Source of the DNA: the human T2T-CHM13v2.0 reference genome, Homo sapiens
Assembly (NCBI RefSeq): GCF_009914755.1
Contig: NC_060933.1
DNA length: 64,000 nt
Reading direction: 5' to 3' (one strand)
Shown: positions 42,703 through 56,430 of the stretch, one piece after another
How positions within the stretch are numbered: the stretch's first letter is position 1
Layout: every line of letters starts with the position of its first letter
The notes under the pieces: model-generated
Database searches by the model: none
Seen by the model: the letters and a program-made list of their open reading frames with translations, nothing else
Told to the model about the DNA's origin: nothing
Made by a program: the position numbers and the translations under genes

Positions 42703-43576
42703 CCTAGGGGGATGAGTTAATAACAGAACAAAAATAATGCATCAAAAAAGCCAGGAACCTATATCTAGGACACCCTGGTTTGAGGCCCAGTTTTAATATT
42801 CTATGACATTAACTTATCTGAGCCTCAATTTCCTCATCTATTAAATCTGATAATTACCACTACTGACCTCACAAGGTGTGTTCCAAATGAGATAACATTT
42901 CTGAAAGTGGTTTGTAATCTGTCCCATATGGTTCAGATATAAGCATTGTCCATGAACTAGAAGGAATCTCAATGATTAGGCCAACAGCCAACTCCCAAAT
43001 AACTCTTTTAATCAGGAAAATTTCACACACCTTCTGATTTCTTCCCTCCAACCTTACAACTCCTACAACACTTCCACGTCTGAATACATATTTCTGCCTT
43101 AAACCAAATACTGAGAGATGACAGATTTACCTTCTTCCTTGTTCAGGGAAGCAATGAAAATGGGGAAAGAGAGCTTATTTGCTTATCTTGGGAGGTGTAG
43201 CCTGTTAATGAGCAGTTACTTTGTCAAAGGCAGAGAGGGCATTGTACATTGGAAAGGTTAACCACAAAAGGCAAGGCCACCAGATAGAGTTGAAAGGTTG
43301 TGTCCTCCACAAGGGTACTCAGCCAAGACAGTGAGAGGGCACTGAAAACCAGCCCGTGTTCCTCTTGCCAAGCCATATGCTCTAACTTAGGGCCACATGC
43401 TTTCAGAGGAAGGGAAAAAGAGTTGCCTTTTTCTCTGGACAAAGGTGCCACCTGCTACCAAGACTTATCCTTAAGGTGGTGTGGCCCACTCAGTGGCTGG
43501 AGGGCGGGAGGCAGGGAACACACATTATTTTATTTTACAAAAATGGGTAATGGCTCCGACGAAAGCCATAAATCAG

Positions 43577-43718
43577 GGCTGGGCATGGTGGCTCATGCCT
43601 GTAATCCCAACACTTTAGCAAGCTGAAGCAAGAGGATTGCTTGAGGCCAGGAGTTTGAGACCAGCCTGGACAACATAGCAAGATCCCATCTCTAAATAAA
43701 TATATAAATAAATAAAAA
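43577..43718 (+). mobile_element. FLAM (free left Alu monomer)
   Basis: Single monomer 'gaggattgcttgaggccaggagtttgagaccagcctgg' plus A-rich tail; TSD aaag(c/a)cataaatc. Confidence 0.88.
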
Positions 43719-43784
43719 GACATAAATCTGCGGGAAAGGGAGAGAGAAAGTTGAACAGAGACTTTAACAGTATTCCCTGGCTTC

Positions 43785-43920
43785 CAGTTGGTAGCTCAAA
43801 ATCAGCATGGTGAAATTTTTACACCACGGAAATAGGCAAAGGCTATAGATCAGGGGTCCCCTTTGGAGGAGGGGGTTGTTACCCTTTGGAGAGGCAGTTG
43901 TTAAATATTTGCCACTACTG
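43785..43920 (-). mobile_element. MER63A-like (hAT-Blackjack) fragment
   Basis: 'gttggtagctcaaaatcagcatggtg...tttacaccacggaaataggcaaa...ttgttaaatatttgcca'. Confidence 0.7.
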
Positions 43921-43954
43921 AATTAAAAAGCAGGCTCTAAGAGGAAGATGAGAA

Positions 43955-44170
43955 CTAAAATGTATAAAGCGCCTTTGGTGTGATCCCTGACACTCATGAA
44001 ACCTTGTGATACAGCTATTATTACCTGGCATTATAGAGCAAGTAGCTGAAAGTTTTAGAGAAGTTAAATTATTATCTCAAGGTCCCACCCAGTTAGAAAG
44101 AGGCAGAACTTGGACTCAAATTCAGCTTTTTCTGGCTGACTCTGAAGCCCATGGTCTTTTCACCACACTA
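43955..44170 (-). mobile_element. MIR
   Basis: 'tttagagaagttaaattattatctcaaggtcccacccagttagaaagaggcagaac'. Confidence 0.75.
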
Positions 44171-44987
44171 TGTGGTTTTGCTAAAACCCCAAGCCCATGA
44201 TTCTGAGATGGCTCACCGACAGCACTTGCTTATCACATTAATTCTCCTTAGCATTTTTATTTCCCCCAGTGACATTCAGGCATTTTAAAGGCCACTGCGG
44301 CACTTCCAGCACATTCATCAGATTTGCTCCCATGGCTCCAACGTCAGCCTCCCCATTAAGATTCATCTTCAAAGAAGCCATCTGAGAGTCAACCAAGTTG
44401 GAGTTCAGTAACCACTCTGCGCTTTCTGACATTGGGAAGATATATTACCGTACTCCGGTGACTGCAACGTTTAGAACAGCTTTGGAAGAGTATTGTATCA
44501 ATTATATTGTCCCTGTGGGAGCCCTATTAACATTAAAATGTCTTATAAGATGAGCTAAACACTTGCACAAAGAAAACCTTTCATATGAGGGCTTCTTCAA
44601 ATTTATAGTTGTTAAAGCAAAAAAAATCGCCTTGCCTCTCCCTTTGCACATGACACAAGGATAGATGACTCTTCTTAGACTATTTTAAGCAAATTATCTT
44701 AGAAAATGAGAGCCCATCTCAGAATATATTATTTCAGGCCAAAGGCAACACCGTGTAGGAGGAGACAGCACGGATTAAAATCACACACATTATCTGGGTT
44801 CCGATTCTGGCTCTCCTACTTAGGATATCAATAAAATGATAGCAATTGTAGTAATAATTTAACAAGCAAAAATTAGGGACCAGGGGCTTTCTATAGTCCA
44901 AGTTGTTTAATTTCCACAATAACAGTGCAATGGGTATATTATTCTGACTTTAAGTATGGGGAAACCAAGGTTAAAAGAGGTTAAGTA

Positions 44988-46056
44988 CAATTGCAACAAA
45001 AGCAAAAACTGACAAATGGGATCTAATTAGAGTAAAGAGCTTCTACACAGCAAAAGGAAACTATCAAGAGAGTGGACAGACAACCTACAGAATGGGAGAA
45101 AATTTTTGCAAAGTAGGCATCTGACAAAGGTCTAATATCCAGCATCTATAAGGAACTTAAACAAATGTACAAGGAAAAAAAAACAAACAATTCTATTAAA
45201 AAGTGGGCAAAGGACATGAACAGACACTTTCAAAAGAAAACATACATGTGGCCTACAATCATATGAAAAAGAGTTCAACATCACTGATCATTAGAGAAAT
45301 GCGAATCAAAACCACAACAAGGTACTATCTCACACCAGTCAGAATGACTATTATTAAAAAGTCAAAAAAATAACAGATGCTGGCGAGGTTGTGGAGTAAA
45401 AGGGATGCTTTTACCCTGTTGGTGGGAGTGTAAATTAGTTCAGTCATTGTGGAACTATGTGTTCAATCAGTGTGAGGATTCTTCAAAGACCTAAAAACAA
45501 AAATACCATTTGACCCAGCAATCTCATTACTAGGTATGTACTCAAAGGAATATAAATCATTCTGTTATAAAGACACATACACGTGTATGTTCACTGCAGT
45601 ACTACTACATAGCAAAGACATGGAATCAGCCTAAATGCCCATAAATAATAAACTGGATAAAGAAAATATGGTGCCTACATACGACAGAATACTATGCAGT
45701 CGTAAAAAAAGAATGAGATCATGTCCTTTGCAGGAACATGGGTGGAGCTGGAGGCCATTATCCTTAGCAAACTAATGCAGGAACAGAAAACCAAATACGG
45801 TATATTCTTATTTATAAGTGGGAGCTAAATGGTGAGAACACATGGACACATAGAGGGGAAAAACAGACACTGAGGCCTATTGGTGGGAGGAAGGAGAGGA
45901 TCAGAAAAAATAACTGTTGGGTACTAGGCTTAGTATCTGGGTGATGAAATAATCTGTACAAGAAACACCTATGACACAAGTTTACCTATATTACAAACCT
46001 GCACATGTACCCCTAAACTTAACAGTTAAGTTAAAAAGTTTAAATTTAAATTTAAA
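44988..46056 (+). mobile_element. 5'-truncated L1PA (PA13-PA15-like), ~1.07 kb, inserted in a MIR
   Basis: ORF2 end plus 3'UTR 'gggtactaggcttagtatctgggtgatgaaataatctgtaca'; degraded TSD aaaagaggttaagta/aaaatgaggctaagta. Confidence 0.9.
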
Positions 46057-46091
46057 AATGAGGCTAAGTAAATTCAACCAGCTCAGACAGG

Positions 46092-46635
46092 ATGGTAGGC
46101 AGCTTCTGAAATGACCCTCAATGACTTCTGCTTCTTGGTATTCATACCTTTATGTAATTTGCTGCCCTTTTTTGTGGACTGGTCCTAGTGACTTTTAGCT
46201 AGTAAATAGAATACAGCAAAAGTGATGGGATGTAATTTCCAAGATTAGGTTATAAAAGACTATGACTTCCATCTCGCTTGTTCTCTCTCTTCCTCTCTCA
46301 CTTGCTTGCTCACTCTGTTGGAGCCAGCTGCCAGGTTATGAGCTGTCTTATCAAGAGACCCATGTGGCAAGGAACCGAGGGTGGCCTCTGGCCAACAGCC
46401 CGTAAGGAACTAAATCCTGCCAACAACTACTGAGTGCTCTTGGAAGCAGATCTCACCTCCATTGAGCCTTGAGATGGCCATGATACCTGGGTTCCAGCGT
46501 TGTGAGAGGCCAGGGGACCCAGCTAAACTCTTCCCATATTTCTGACCCACAGAAAGTGTGAGATAATACATGTGTGTTCTTTTAAGCTGCTAAGTTATTG
46601 ACTAATTTGTTACACAGCAATAGATAACTAATACA
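46092..46635 (+). mobile_element. MLT1F-like MaLR LTR
   Basis: 'tggtaggcagcttctgaaatgaccctcaatga' ... 'taatttgttacacagcaatagataactaataca'. Confidence 0.85.
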
Positions 46636-47335
46636 GGTGGTAAGACACAGAGATGAGGTTTCTAGCCAACTTTCCATCTTCAAAGCACAATCTCATTTTC
46701 TTGCCCTAAATTAATTCTTTACAAGCCATATGACCTTGGGCGAATTACTAGAACTCTGAAACCTCTTACCTACATTAATAAAATAGGAATGATGCCCACA
46801 GCACACTGATACAGACCAGCTTAAATGAGGCGATATATCTCATTTCATAAGAAGAGATAATGCCTTTGGCTGGCCTGCTGGTTGAAACAGGAAAGATGAG
46901 AAAACAGGAAAAGGTTGCCACAGGAGAATGTCTTAATAATGTCGGCTATATACAATGGTGAGTTTTGAAAGACGGTGTCCTGGGAAGCAAAAATTTGGAA
47001 GGCACAGTAGCTACATGACCATGGTCCAGGCATTCGACATCACTGATTTTATTCTCACTGGTAGAGCGATAAACATGCCCACCTCACTGGGATGCTCTGA
47101 AGGTTAATAATATGACATCATGTTTGTACAACACTTCGGACAGGACCTACATATAAAAGATACTCAATAGATTCTAGCCATTATTGCAATAATTTTCTAG
47201 ACAGTATTAGTTTTACTAATAAGGATGGCATTTCAGGGACCTGCTGCAGGTGAGTCAAGAAGCATTTCTGGATTGAGGCCTGTAACCCTCATCATATTTT
47301 GCAGCTCCTCTTTACTTCTTAAATGCATCAGCTAA

Positions 47336-47687
<352 letters not shown>

Positions 47688-49150
47688 ATGTATCAGATCT
47701 TATCGCATAGTTTCTCTATCAGTAGCTATGCTCTACAAAAAAAAATTAAAAAGAGAAAGCCTCCATTTAAATTAAGTGCTTGATTGCCTACTCAGAGATG
47801 CTTCTGAGGGATCAAGCATCAAACATCTGAGCCACTGCTAATAGCTATGACTACTATGAATAGAAAACTTGATAGAAAACATGTGGCACTTAGTAGGCAC
47901 TCATGGTGATCTTCTCAACTAGCAAGAGTAATCACATCTGTCTTGTTTATTTTCATGCCTCCAAGGTCTGGCAGAGGGCCTAGCTTACAGTAGGTAATCA
48001 ATCAACATGTGCCATGCCAATAAATACACTGGACTAACACTATGTCTTTTTATTCTCCCTAGACAATCCCTATTTGATTTTCTAAAAATTACTTTGTTCA
48101 TTCAAAGTTTTGGTGTATAGAATTTATTGGCGTATTGGATACATGGGGGGCAATTTTCCTTTCTTCCCCCGCCCCATTATCTGCTCTTAGGTCCTGGCAA
48201 ATCTGGTTAGAAAATACAAGAATTCCCTTCCCATTCACAGATTCAACGTCCACTCAGTTTCCTAGGAAATGAAATAAAAGGAGACCAAAAAAGTAAATAA
48301 CAATTGAATAACAACTATGTATGCTTTGCTGAGTTAAGTATAGGGATCTACTTAGGTACTGGAACCACTCAGGCCTAAGTTAGCTAAGGCTCATTTCTAC
48401 AGCCACAAAGGACAGTCCTACCGAAGCATGCTGTGCCCATTTGCCTTGTTTTTAAACCTCAGATATAATGTGGATGTATTTAAAGGACACTGATGAGAAA
48501 AATCATGGATACTAAATTTTACATACCACTCATTTATTTCCCTTTGACTGGTAATCAAAATGGTCTCTCATAAGGCATAATTGTGTAGACGAGAACAATT
48601 TGCACAGATGATTTAGGAATGATTATTTTATGAAGGTCATCGTTTCACTGATTTCTCTTTTTTGTGCATTTGTTTAATGGAATTGGGGTGCTAAGGAGTT
48701 ACAAACAGAGAAAAGACTTACTCAGTTTTTAAAAACCCAGCAAGATGTGAACCATATTTTAGAAATGGAAACAGAGCAGTTGTATTAAAAGAAAAAAAGC
48801 TCACAAGACTTAGAATCTAAAATGTATGTGTATGTGTGTGCACACGTGTTCTAATCCTTGCCTTCCTCTAACTCGCTGAGTAAACCTGAACAAATCACTT
48901 CATCTCCTACAACTTCAATTTCTTTATCAAATAGACAAAAGCATTCTAATCTCTCTCTGGCCCATTTGTGAATCTTAAAGGAAACACTGCCCATCACAGC
49001 GCCTAGCATAGCTCCAGGGAGATAGCAGGTTATGTATTCAGCCTTTGTTAAATTTGCTAACGGCAAATGAAGTCTAGCTAGAAGGCAGCATTGCATAAAC
49101 CAAACATTTGAGTGGTTAATGGAGAAAGAAATAGAAATCTCCTTTTCCCC

Positions 49151-49567
49151 TGCATGGTTTGGATTTGGTTTGGCCCCACCGTGTCTCATGTAGAAATTCG
49201 ATCCCTAATGTTGGAGGTGGGATATGGTTGAAGGTGTTTGGGTCATGGGATTGGTCCCTCTTGAATGGCTTGGTGCTGTTCTCACTGGAGTGAGTTCTCA
49301 CTCTTAGTTCCTGAAAGAACTGATTGTTGAAAAGTTCTTGGTACCTCTTCCTCTCTCTCTTGCTTCCTCTCCTGCCATGCCACCTGTGCACATGCTGGCT
49401 CCCCTTCCCCTTCCACCATAAGTGGAAGAAGCCTGAAGCCCTCACCAGAAGCAGATGTTGGGGCCATGCTTCTTGCAGATCCTACAGAACCATGTGCCAA
49501 ATAAACCTCATTTATTTATACATTACCCAGCCTCAGATACTCCTTCATAGCAACACAGACTAGGACG
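49151..49567 (+). mobile_element. MSTB-like MaLR solo LTR
   Basis: 'atgttggaggtggg...ggtgtttgggtcatggg', 'gccctcaccagaagcagatg', 'attacccagcctcag'. Confidence 0.88.
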
Positions 49568-50039
49568 TCTCTCTACTCCATTTTCTATTTAACATTGGAT
49601 GTACTGTCACAATTAAGGGCCAGAACTTTGTGAAAGTTACTACCATAGAAATATGGAGCCAAATTGATAAAAAATAAAATAAACAGCTATTGCATGCAAA
49701 ATGTTTGTGTTATTTGAACTGAACTTCAATCTTGTGGGTTTTGCTAAAAACATACTGAAAATTTCCACTCCCTCAAAAGCAGTTTTAACTTTTCAGTAAA
49801 TATTTTATGTCCTCCATTGTTAGACCTAATAGAAGTCCCAACAATTGGAAAAATTGACGCTTGGAAAACTGATAGGTTTACAATAATTCTAGTTCTTCAT
49901 CCCCCAAAAGAAGTTGATTTGTATTTCAAAGAAGGAGGAGAAGCTGCAGGCTACCAAGGGGACCTCATGCTGTTAGGCGCCCTGCTTTATTCAGAGTTCA
50001 AGTCTCTACTGTGAGTTCACCTGTTCTGACAACCCTATA

Positions 50040-50860
50040 AATGCTGTTGCACCCAAGGGTCTAAGAACTCAATTCTTCTCTCGCTACACACTTGTCTGAA
50101 GTGATGGCTTGAATAAACTCATATATGCTTACGAATTCCAAATCACCTTCCCAATGTGCTCAACTCCCCAGCACCTCACGTGCAAGGGCACAATGGACAC
50201 TTGTCCCATTGTGTCCCATCATGTACTAAACCACTGTCACTTATCTTTGTCTTCACTAAATCTGATTCTATCTCCTCGAGAGTGGCACCATCATCCACTC
50301 AGGGAACATGAGCCAGAAACTTGGGAAACTTTTTATGCTTCCCTTCTCCCTAATGCAAGTCATATCGACCTTGCCTTCTGCATTTTCATGAGTCAAACCC
50401 ATCCCCACCCTGTCTACTGTCACTGCCCAGCTTCACACTCACAACATCTTTTACCTGCCATATTGCAGAATGTTCCTAAAAGATCTTCCTTCCTCTTGCC
50501 TTGCCTGCACCAACCCATTCGCCACATGGCAGCCATAGTGATAGTCCTAAAAGGCAAGCCTGACCATGTCACCCTGCTACCTACAATCACTGCATTGTCT
50601 CCTGGGTTGGAGGCAACATCACTTGGCATCTTACATCTTACGTGTGTTCATGTCAGATTCTCCAGCCTTAGCTTCTGTCACTCTCCTCATTATAATTCTC
50701 AGATAATACTGAATTTCTTTGAGTAGCTTTCTCAACAATTCTTGCTATTCCACAGACATGTGCTCCTTTTCCTAGTGTTCCATTTCTTTGTATAGAATAT
50801 CTTTCCTATACCAACTCAAGCTTTGCTTCCTTCAGGAATCCTTCAATGCACCCCACTGCA
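50040..50860 (+). mobile_element. L2 fragment
   Basis: 'ggcaccatcatccactcag...agccagaaacttggg', 'cctgaccatgtcaccctgct'. Confidence 0.7.
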
Positions 50861-53309
50861 GTGGGTCCAACAATGGAGAGCATAAAAAGCATTCTGAAAA
50901 GTTAAAATTGCTTTGGAGGGAGTGGAAATTTTCAATATGTTTCCTTCCACACTCTCCTGAGGTCTGTTTCAGAGCAGATAACTAAGCAACATTGTAACCT
51001 TTAAGAATATGAGTTCAGAGTTCAAACCCAGAGGGTTAGAATCCAGTCTCTACTAGTTACTAGCCAGTTATCAAACTATCTGGACTCTTTAAGCCCAGTC
51101 TCTTGATCTTTTAAAAGGTGATAATAATGACACTGAACTCAATGAATAATTATCAAAATTAAATGAGCTGAGACCTAAAGAATGAGAAGGAGTGAGCCAT
51201 GCCAAGACTTGGAGGATGCACTTTTCATGGAGAGAAAATGGTGAGTACAAAGGCCCAGCTGATGAAACTTGGGGTACTGACTACTTTACAGCCGAAAGCC
51301 CCATCCCTGCTGCAATATTCAGTCAGCCTGGGATTATAGTTTCTAAGAGAGAGCAGTAAAAGCCCCAGAATGAACATGTGGTGCTTGGCAGAACCTCATT
51401 AGCTGGGATCTGCTTCATTTCCCCTGCCCCATTTGGCTTCTTTCCAGACTCTACTATCGCATTTAAGCCTTGGGTGAAACTTGAAAGCCCTTAAACCTAG
51501 TGAAAGGGCTACATTGGTAGGAACCTCAGGGATGAACTAAATGCTGAGTCCAGCACCCCTGCAAAAGCAGCTCCCTGAGGGCATTATCCAAAATTGTATG
51601 CCTCTAGATGAACATTGCAAAGCGCATACATTCAGAGAATGTGGACTTCTTGTCAAACTTGACAGCAGGTTTATTTCAGCATGAGACGCATTTGCCAAAT
51701 GAACAGAGACTCAGTGATCGTGCTGGTTCTAAAAATGGGTTTTGCTTAATAGTAGAGAAATAAAATGATTTATGAGTTTGTCAGGGAACGGATGTGGCCT
51801 TTTGGAAAAAAAATCCTCCCAGCTCCAGAGTGTCATGAATTGCAAATGAACCAATGGGTGATGTATGTGTGTGTATGTCAATACATGTACACACACATGT
51901 ATCTCAGTGCGTGTCCCCTTTCTTCTTTGCCTCTGTGGTTTGGACCACTGTGTGCCTTCACTGACGCTGCAAGCAAATTGTAATTATAATGCTGAACAGT
52001 TACTTCCAAGGCAAACCAAATCTGTGTTCCATTAAAGTCATGGAATAGTTAAACATTTTTTTGTTATTCCCAACCATAATAAAAAACAGGTTCCCCATTC
52101 AATCTCATGCTCCAGAAGTCAGAGGATTCCATACAGTCCCTTCTGAAATATTTGGAAATAGATTCTGATGGTGTCCCAAGCATATCAGCAGGAGGTCAGC
52201 TTAACTTATGGTTTATCAGGCTTACTGTGGTTTGGACAGCAGCTGCATGGAAGTCCTCAAATGTAATAGATTTCCTCCCTAAGACACTAAGCCTGCTTGC
52301 CAACTTCTAAGCATATTCCTTTAGTGTGTCCTTTTGAGATGTTAGATGAAGTCACAGAAATGAGAGCTATTCTTTCTTTCAAACAAGAAACGAGAAAATG
52401 CTGCCCTTCAGGATTTGCTTCAAAAGAAAAAAACAATGCTCCAATCTTTCTGTTCACCAGTTTGTAAGAATCATTTTGATATATTTCTGTAAAACTATCT
52501 TTGAAATGAAATTTTCCTCTATAATTCACCAGTGATTTTATCCCAATGCCCTAAATTTGTGTGCATTCAGGTTGCATTTTAATGGTAAAAGTAACTCTTT
52601 AACAAATATTTGCATTAAGAAACACAAACAAATGCTCTGCAACCATTTACCTCCTATAGGAAGTCTAGCTTACATTCAATATGTATACTCTCTTCAACAT
52701 TTTGCAATCATGCTGAAAATTACCAATAGACTTTACACGGTAATTTTAAAAGACCATTTCCCCAATTTGCTAGATTTTCTGTCCCCATGCCTTTGTCCAG
52801 GCCTTCCTCCTGCATGGAACACTTCTCCCCCTCACTCTACCCTCTCTATCTGAGGATTGTTTGTTCATTCCACAAAACTCAGCTCAGCTCCTACTTCTTC
52901 CTTCCCCAGGCTATGGGGAAAGGTCCTCTACATCATGCCATGTTCTCTCTATTACAGCACTTAGCACACGGCATTGTAACTGGCTGTCTCTCCCAATCCT
53001 ATGAGATCCTTTCCACTTCTAAATTCTCAGAGACTAAGGCAGAAGGGGTGTTTAGTGAGTATTAGTTAAGGACTTAGTTAACATATTAATTTGATCCCAA
53101 GCACAGCCTCTTGTGCTACCTTCAAGGCTAAATTACTTGAATTTTCTCAAATCAAAAGGATGTGAAGGGGATGTCCCTTTCTTTTATCCCATGAAACTTC
53201 CTTGGTCTTTGCCTAAGCGAGCCAGCCTCCTGTTCCATTACGAGAGATTTATTCAGCAGTGCTGTGAATTGCTTCAGTGTGCTTTGGATTTGGATGGATA
53301 TGGGGATGG

Positions 53310-53351
53310 GTGTGTGTGTGTGTGTGTGTGAGTGTGTGTGTGTGTGTGTGT
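53310..53351. repeat. (TG)n microsatellite with one interruption
   Basis: Directly visible. Confidence 0.95.
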
Positions 53352-55421
53352 TTGACATGGCAGCTTAAAATAGTCAGTATCTCAACTTCCATTTGCCTTT
53401 AGATTCCTCAGTTTGAGCCCATGTCCAAAAAGTCAGCTTATCAACTCCTGGATTTATCTACACTTGAAGCAGTGGAATATGGTCCAGATGGGGATTTGTA
53501 TCCAAAGGGGAAAGTCCCTCCTCACAAACTGGAATCGAGCTCCAAACTAGAGCCTGTGGAGGGTGCAGAATTCCTTAGCTGTCAAGGAGATTGGGCTCAC
53601 CATCAGTCAGTGGGGTCAGAATCACAGCCTATGCCTTCACTCCCCAGTCACTAAGCCCAGCACCTTCTCCTTTTTCCATGTCTTATACCAGGCACTTTGC
53701 TGCAAGGATGGCCAGAGTCAGGTCTTGCCATCAAAGAACTCGAGAAGTTTGTTCAAGTGAAGACCAGTAAACAGGTAATTAGAATAGAGTGTAATAAGAG
53801 ATGCCTATGAAAGTAAGAAAGAGAGAATAGAAGGCTTAACAAGGCCTGATGTAGGGAGAATAGAATTCACAAGATCAAGAGGGAGATAAATGTTTTTCCA
53901 GATATGTCATATGAAAAATGATTTTGGAATACCCAAAGTTGCTGAGGGCCCCAAATTTTGTCCCTGTGGGTATGCATGACACTTAATGCAAGACTACTTG
54001 GTACACTCTGGGGAATCAGATTGGACAGCTGAGCAGGTGGTAGAGAAAGAAGGCAGGATGGAGGCACGGGTGCATGGAGAAGAGAGGCCTGGAAAGCTCC
54101 TTTCTTTACTATGCTGGCCGCTTGTTTAATAGAATGAAGGGAGCTAAGAAGAATTCAGCCTCAGTATTGTGGAGCAGTAACTAGAAACCAGCCCCTATCA
54201 TTCTAAATTCCCTGGTCATCCTACTTTCACCATGGAAAATGTGGCAAATATGATGGTGAAGATAAACAAAGTGACTATCAAAGTTGCGCCATGTAGTCAC
54301 TCTATACTGAGACCACTGGCTGACTTCAGGATCTATTTTGTAGTAATTAAGGAAACTCTTCAAAAGCCAAAAGGTCAGGATGTGATTATCTATGCTCCAG
54401 ACAGCCCTAAAGCTGTGCAGCAGTTTTCCTAAAATTGCTATTGATTTTGTTATTTCCCCACGCACTCCCCCCCACTCAAAAAGTCCCTAAACATAATTTC
54501 CTGTGGCACAGCCCCTAGGCCCTCTCTGGTTCTTTTATTCTTTAACATATGGCCTTCTCTTGGGATCATTTATATAAAAACTACTACATTGAGTTACAGG
54601 TTACCTGAGCTGGGTACAAGCCCTCACTGCACACATATGGGACCTTAGCTTCCAGGAAGGGAAGGGACTTCACTAAGACCACACAGTTTTGAGCAGGCTT
54701 ATTCCTCCCTTCCACATCTCCTTGTCCCCTGATACTGAGCCTTCATTTTGGGAGATCCAGTCTACTGTCTTGAACATTCCTTTCTCAAAGATGATAGGTT
54801 AGAAACTTGGGAAGAGTTTTGTTCCTTGAGTATGATCATACAGATAATAAATGATGGAAGGAAGCGTTTAAACCTGAGATCTTTTATTCTACCATTTTTT
54901 TTCCTTGTATACTATATTGGGAAAACCTAGGAAAACAGATCAATGCTAAGAATCACTCATGTTGAGATCATGGCGAATGGGAGGCAGAACTAGATTGCAG
55001 CTCTGACACGGATGGACACAGCAGCTTGCAGAGGCTCCTGTCATGAATTCTAGCTCCAAACTGACTGCAAGAACAAACCACCAATCCCAAGAGGACCCCC
55101 AGATCCTCTGAAGGAAGCGGACTGCTCCTGCGGGATCCAGGAGACACCACAAATACTGTGCTGGTATCCACAGCTGAAAGACCCATAGACAGTTCACATC
55201 ACAGGACTCTATGCAGACAACCCCCAGTACCAGGCTGGAGCTGGGTAGACTTGCTTGGTAGACACAGAAGACAGGCAACAATCACTGCAGCTCAGCTTAT
55301 AGGAAGCCACATCTACAGGAAAATGGGGAAGAGTACTACATCAAAGGAACACCGCTTGGGACAAAAGAATCTGAACAACAGCCTTCAGCCCTAGACCTTG
55401 CCTCTGACAGAGCCTACCCAA

Positions 55422-56430
55422 ATGAGAAGGAACCAGAAAACCAACTCTGGTAAAATGACAAAACAAGGCTGTTTAGCACCCTGTAAAAATCATACTAGTT
55501 CACCAGCAATGAATCCAAACCAAGAAGAAATCCCTGATTTACCTGAAAAAGAATTCAAGAGGTTACTCATGAAGCTAATCAGGAGGGACCAGAGAAAGGT
55601 AAAGCCCAATGCAAGGAAAGCCAAACAATGATACAAGAAGTGAAGGAAAAATATTCAAGGAAATAGATAGCATAAAGAAAAGATAAAACTTCAGGAAGCA
55701 TTGAATGCACTTATAAAAATGCAAAATGCTCTGGAAAGACTCAGCCATATAATTGAACAAGTAAAATAAAGAAATTCAGAGCTTGAAGTCAAGGTTTTCG
55801 AAGTAACCCAATCCAACAAAGACAAAGAAAAAAGAATAAGAAAATATGAACAAAGCCTCCAAGAAGTCTGAGATTATATTAAACAACCAAACCTAAGAAT
55901 AATTGGTTTTCCTAAGGAAGAAGACAAATCTACAAGTTTGGAAAATATATTTGGGGGAATAATCAAGGAAAACTTTCCTGGCCTTGCAAGAGACCTAGAT
56001 GCACAAATACAAGAAGCACAAAGAATACCTAGGAATTGATTGCAAAAAGATCATAACCTAGGCACATTGTCTTCAGGTTATCTAAAGTTCAGATGAAGGA
56101 AAGAATCTTAAGAGCTGTGAGACAAAAGCACCAGGTAACCTATAAAGGAAAGTCTATCAGATTAACAGCAGATTTCTTAGCTGAAACCCTACAAGCTAGA
56201 AGGAATTGGGGCCCTGTCTTCAGCCTCCTCAAAGCAATTATCAGCCAAGAATTTTGTATCCAGCAAAAGTAAGCATCATATATGAAGGGAAGATATAGTC
56301 TTTTTCAGACAAACAAATGCTAAGAGAATTTGCCACTACCAAGCCACCACTACAAGAACTGCTAAAAGGAGCACAAAATCTTGAAATAAATCCCAGAAAC
56401 ACATCAAAACAGAACCTCTTTAAAGCACAA
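55422..56430 (+). pseudogene. L1 ORF1p remnant
   Basis: MRRNQKTNSG...EIPDLPEKEFKRL; downstream stops and frameshifts. Confidence 0.9.

Noticed and set aside
47201-47256. Consensus donor CAG|GTGAGT overlapping an AP-1 word
   Set aside because: Only a weak upstream acceptor next to a MIR tail; isolated consensus donors are common by chance
50109-50726. 205-aa ORF
   Set aside because: Lies within a decayed L2; His/Pro/Leu-rich composition typical of a chance frame
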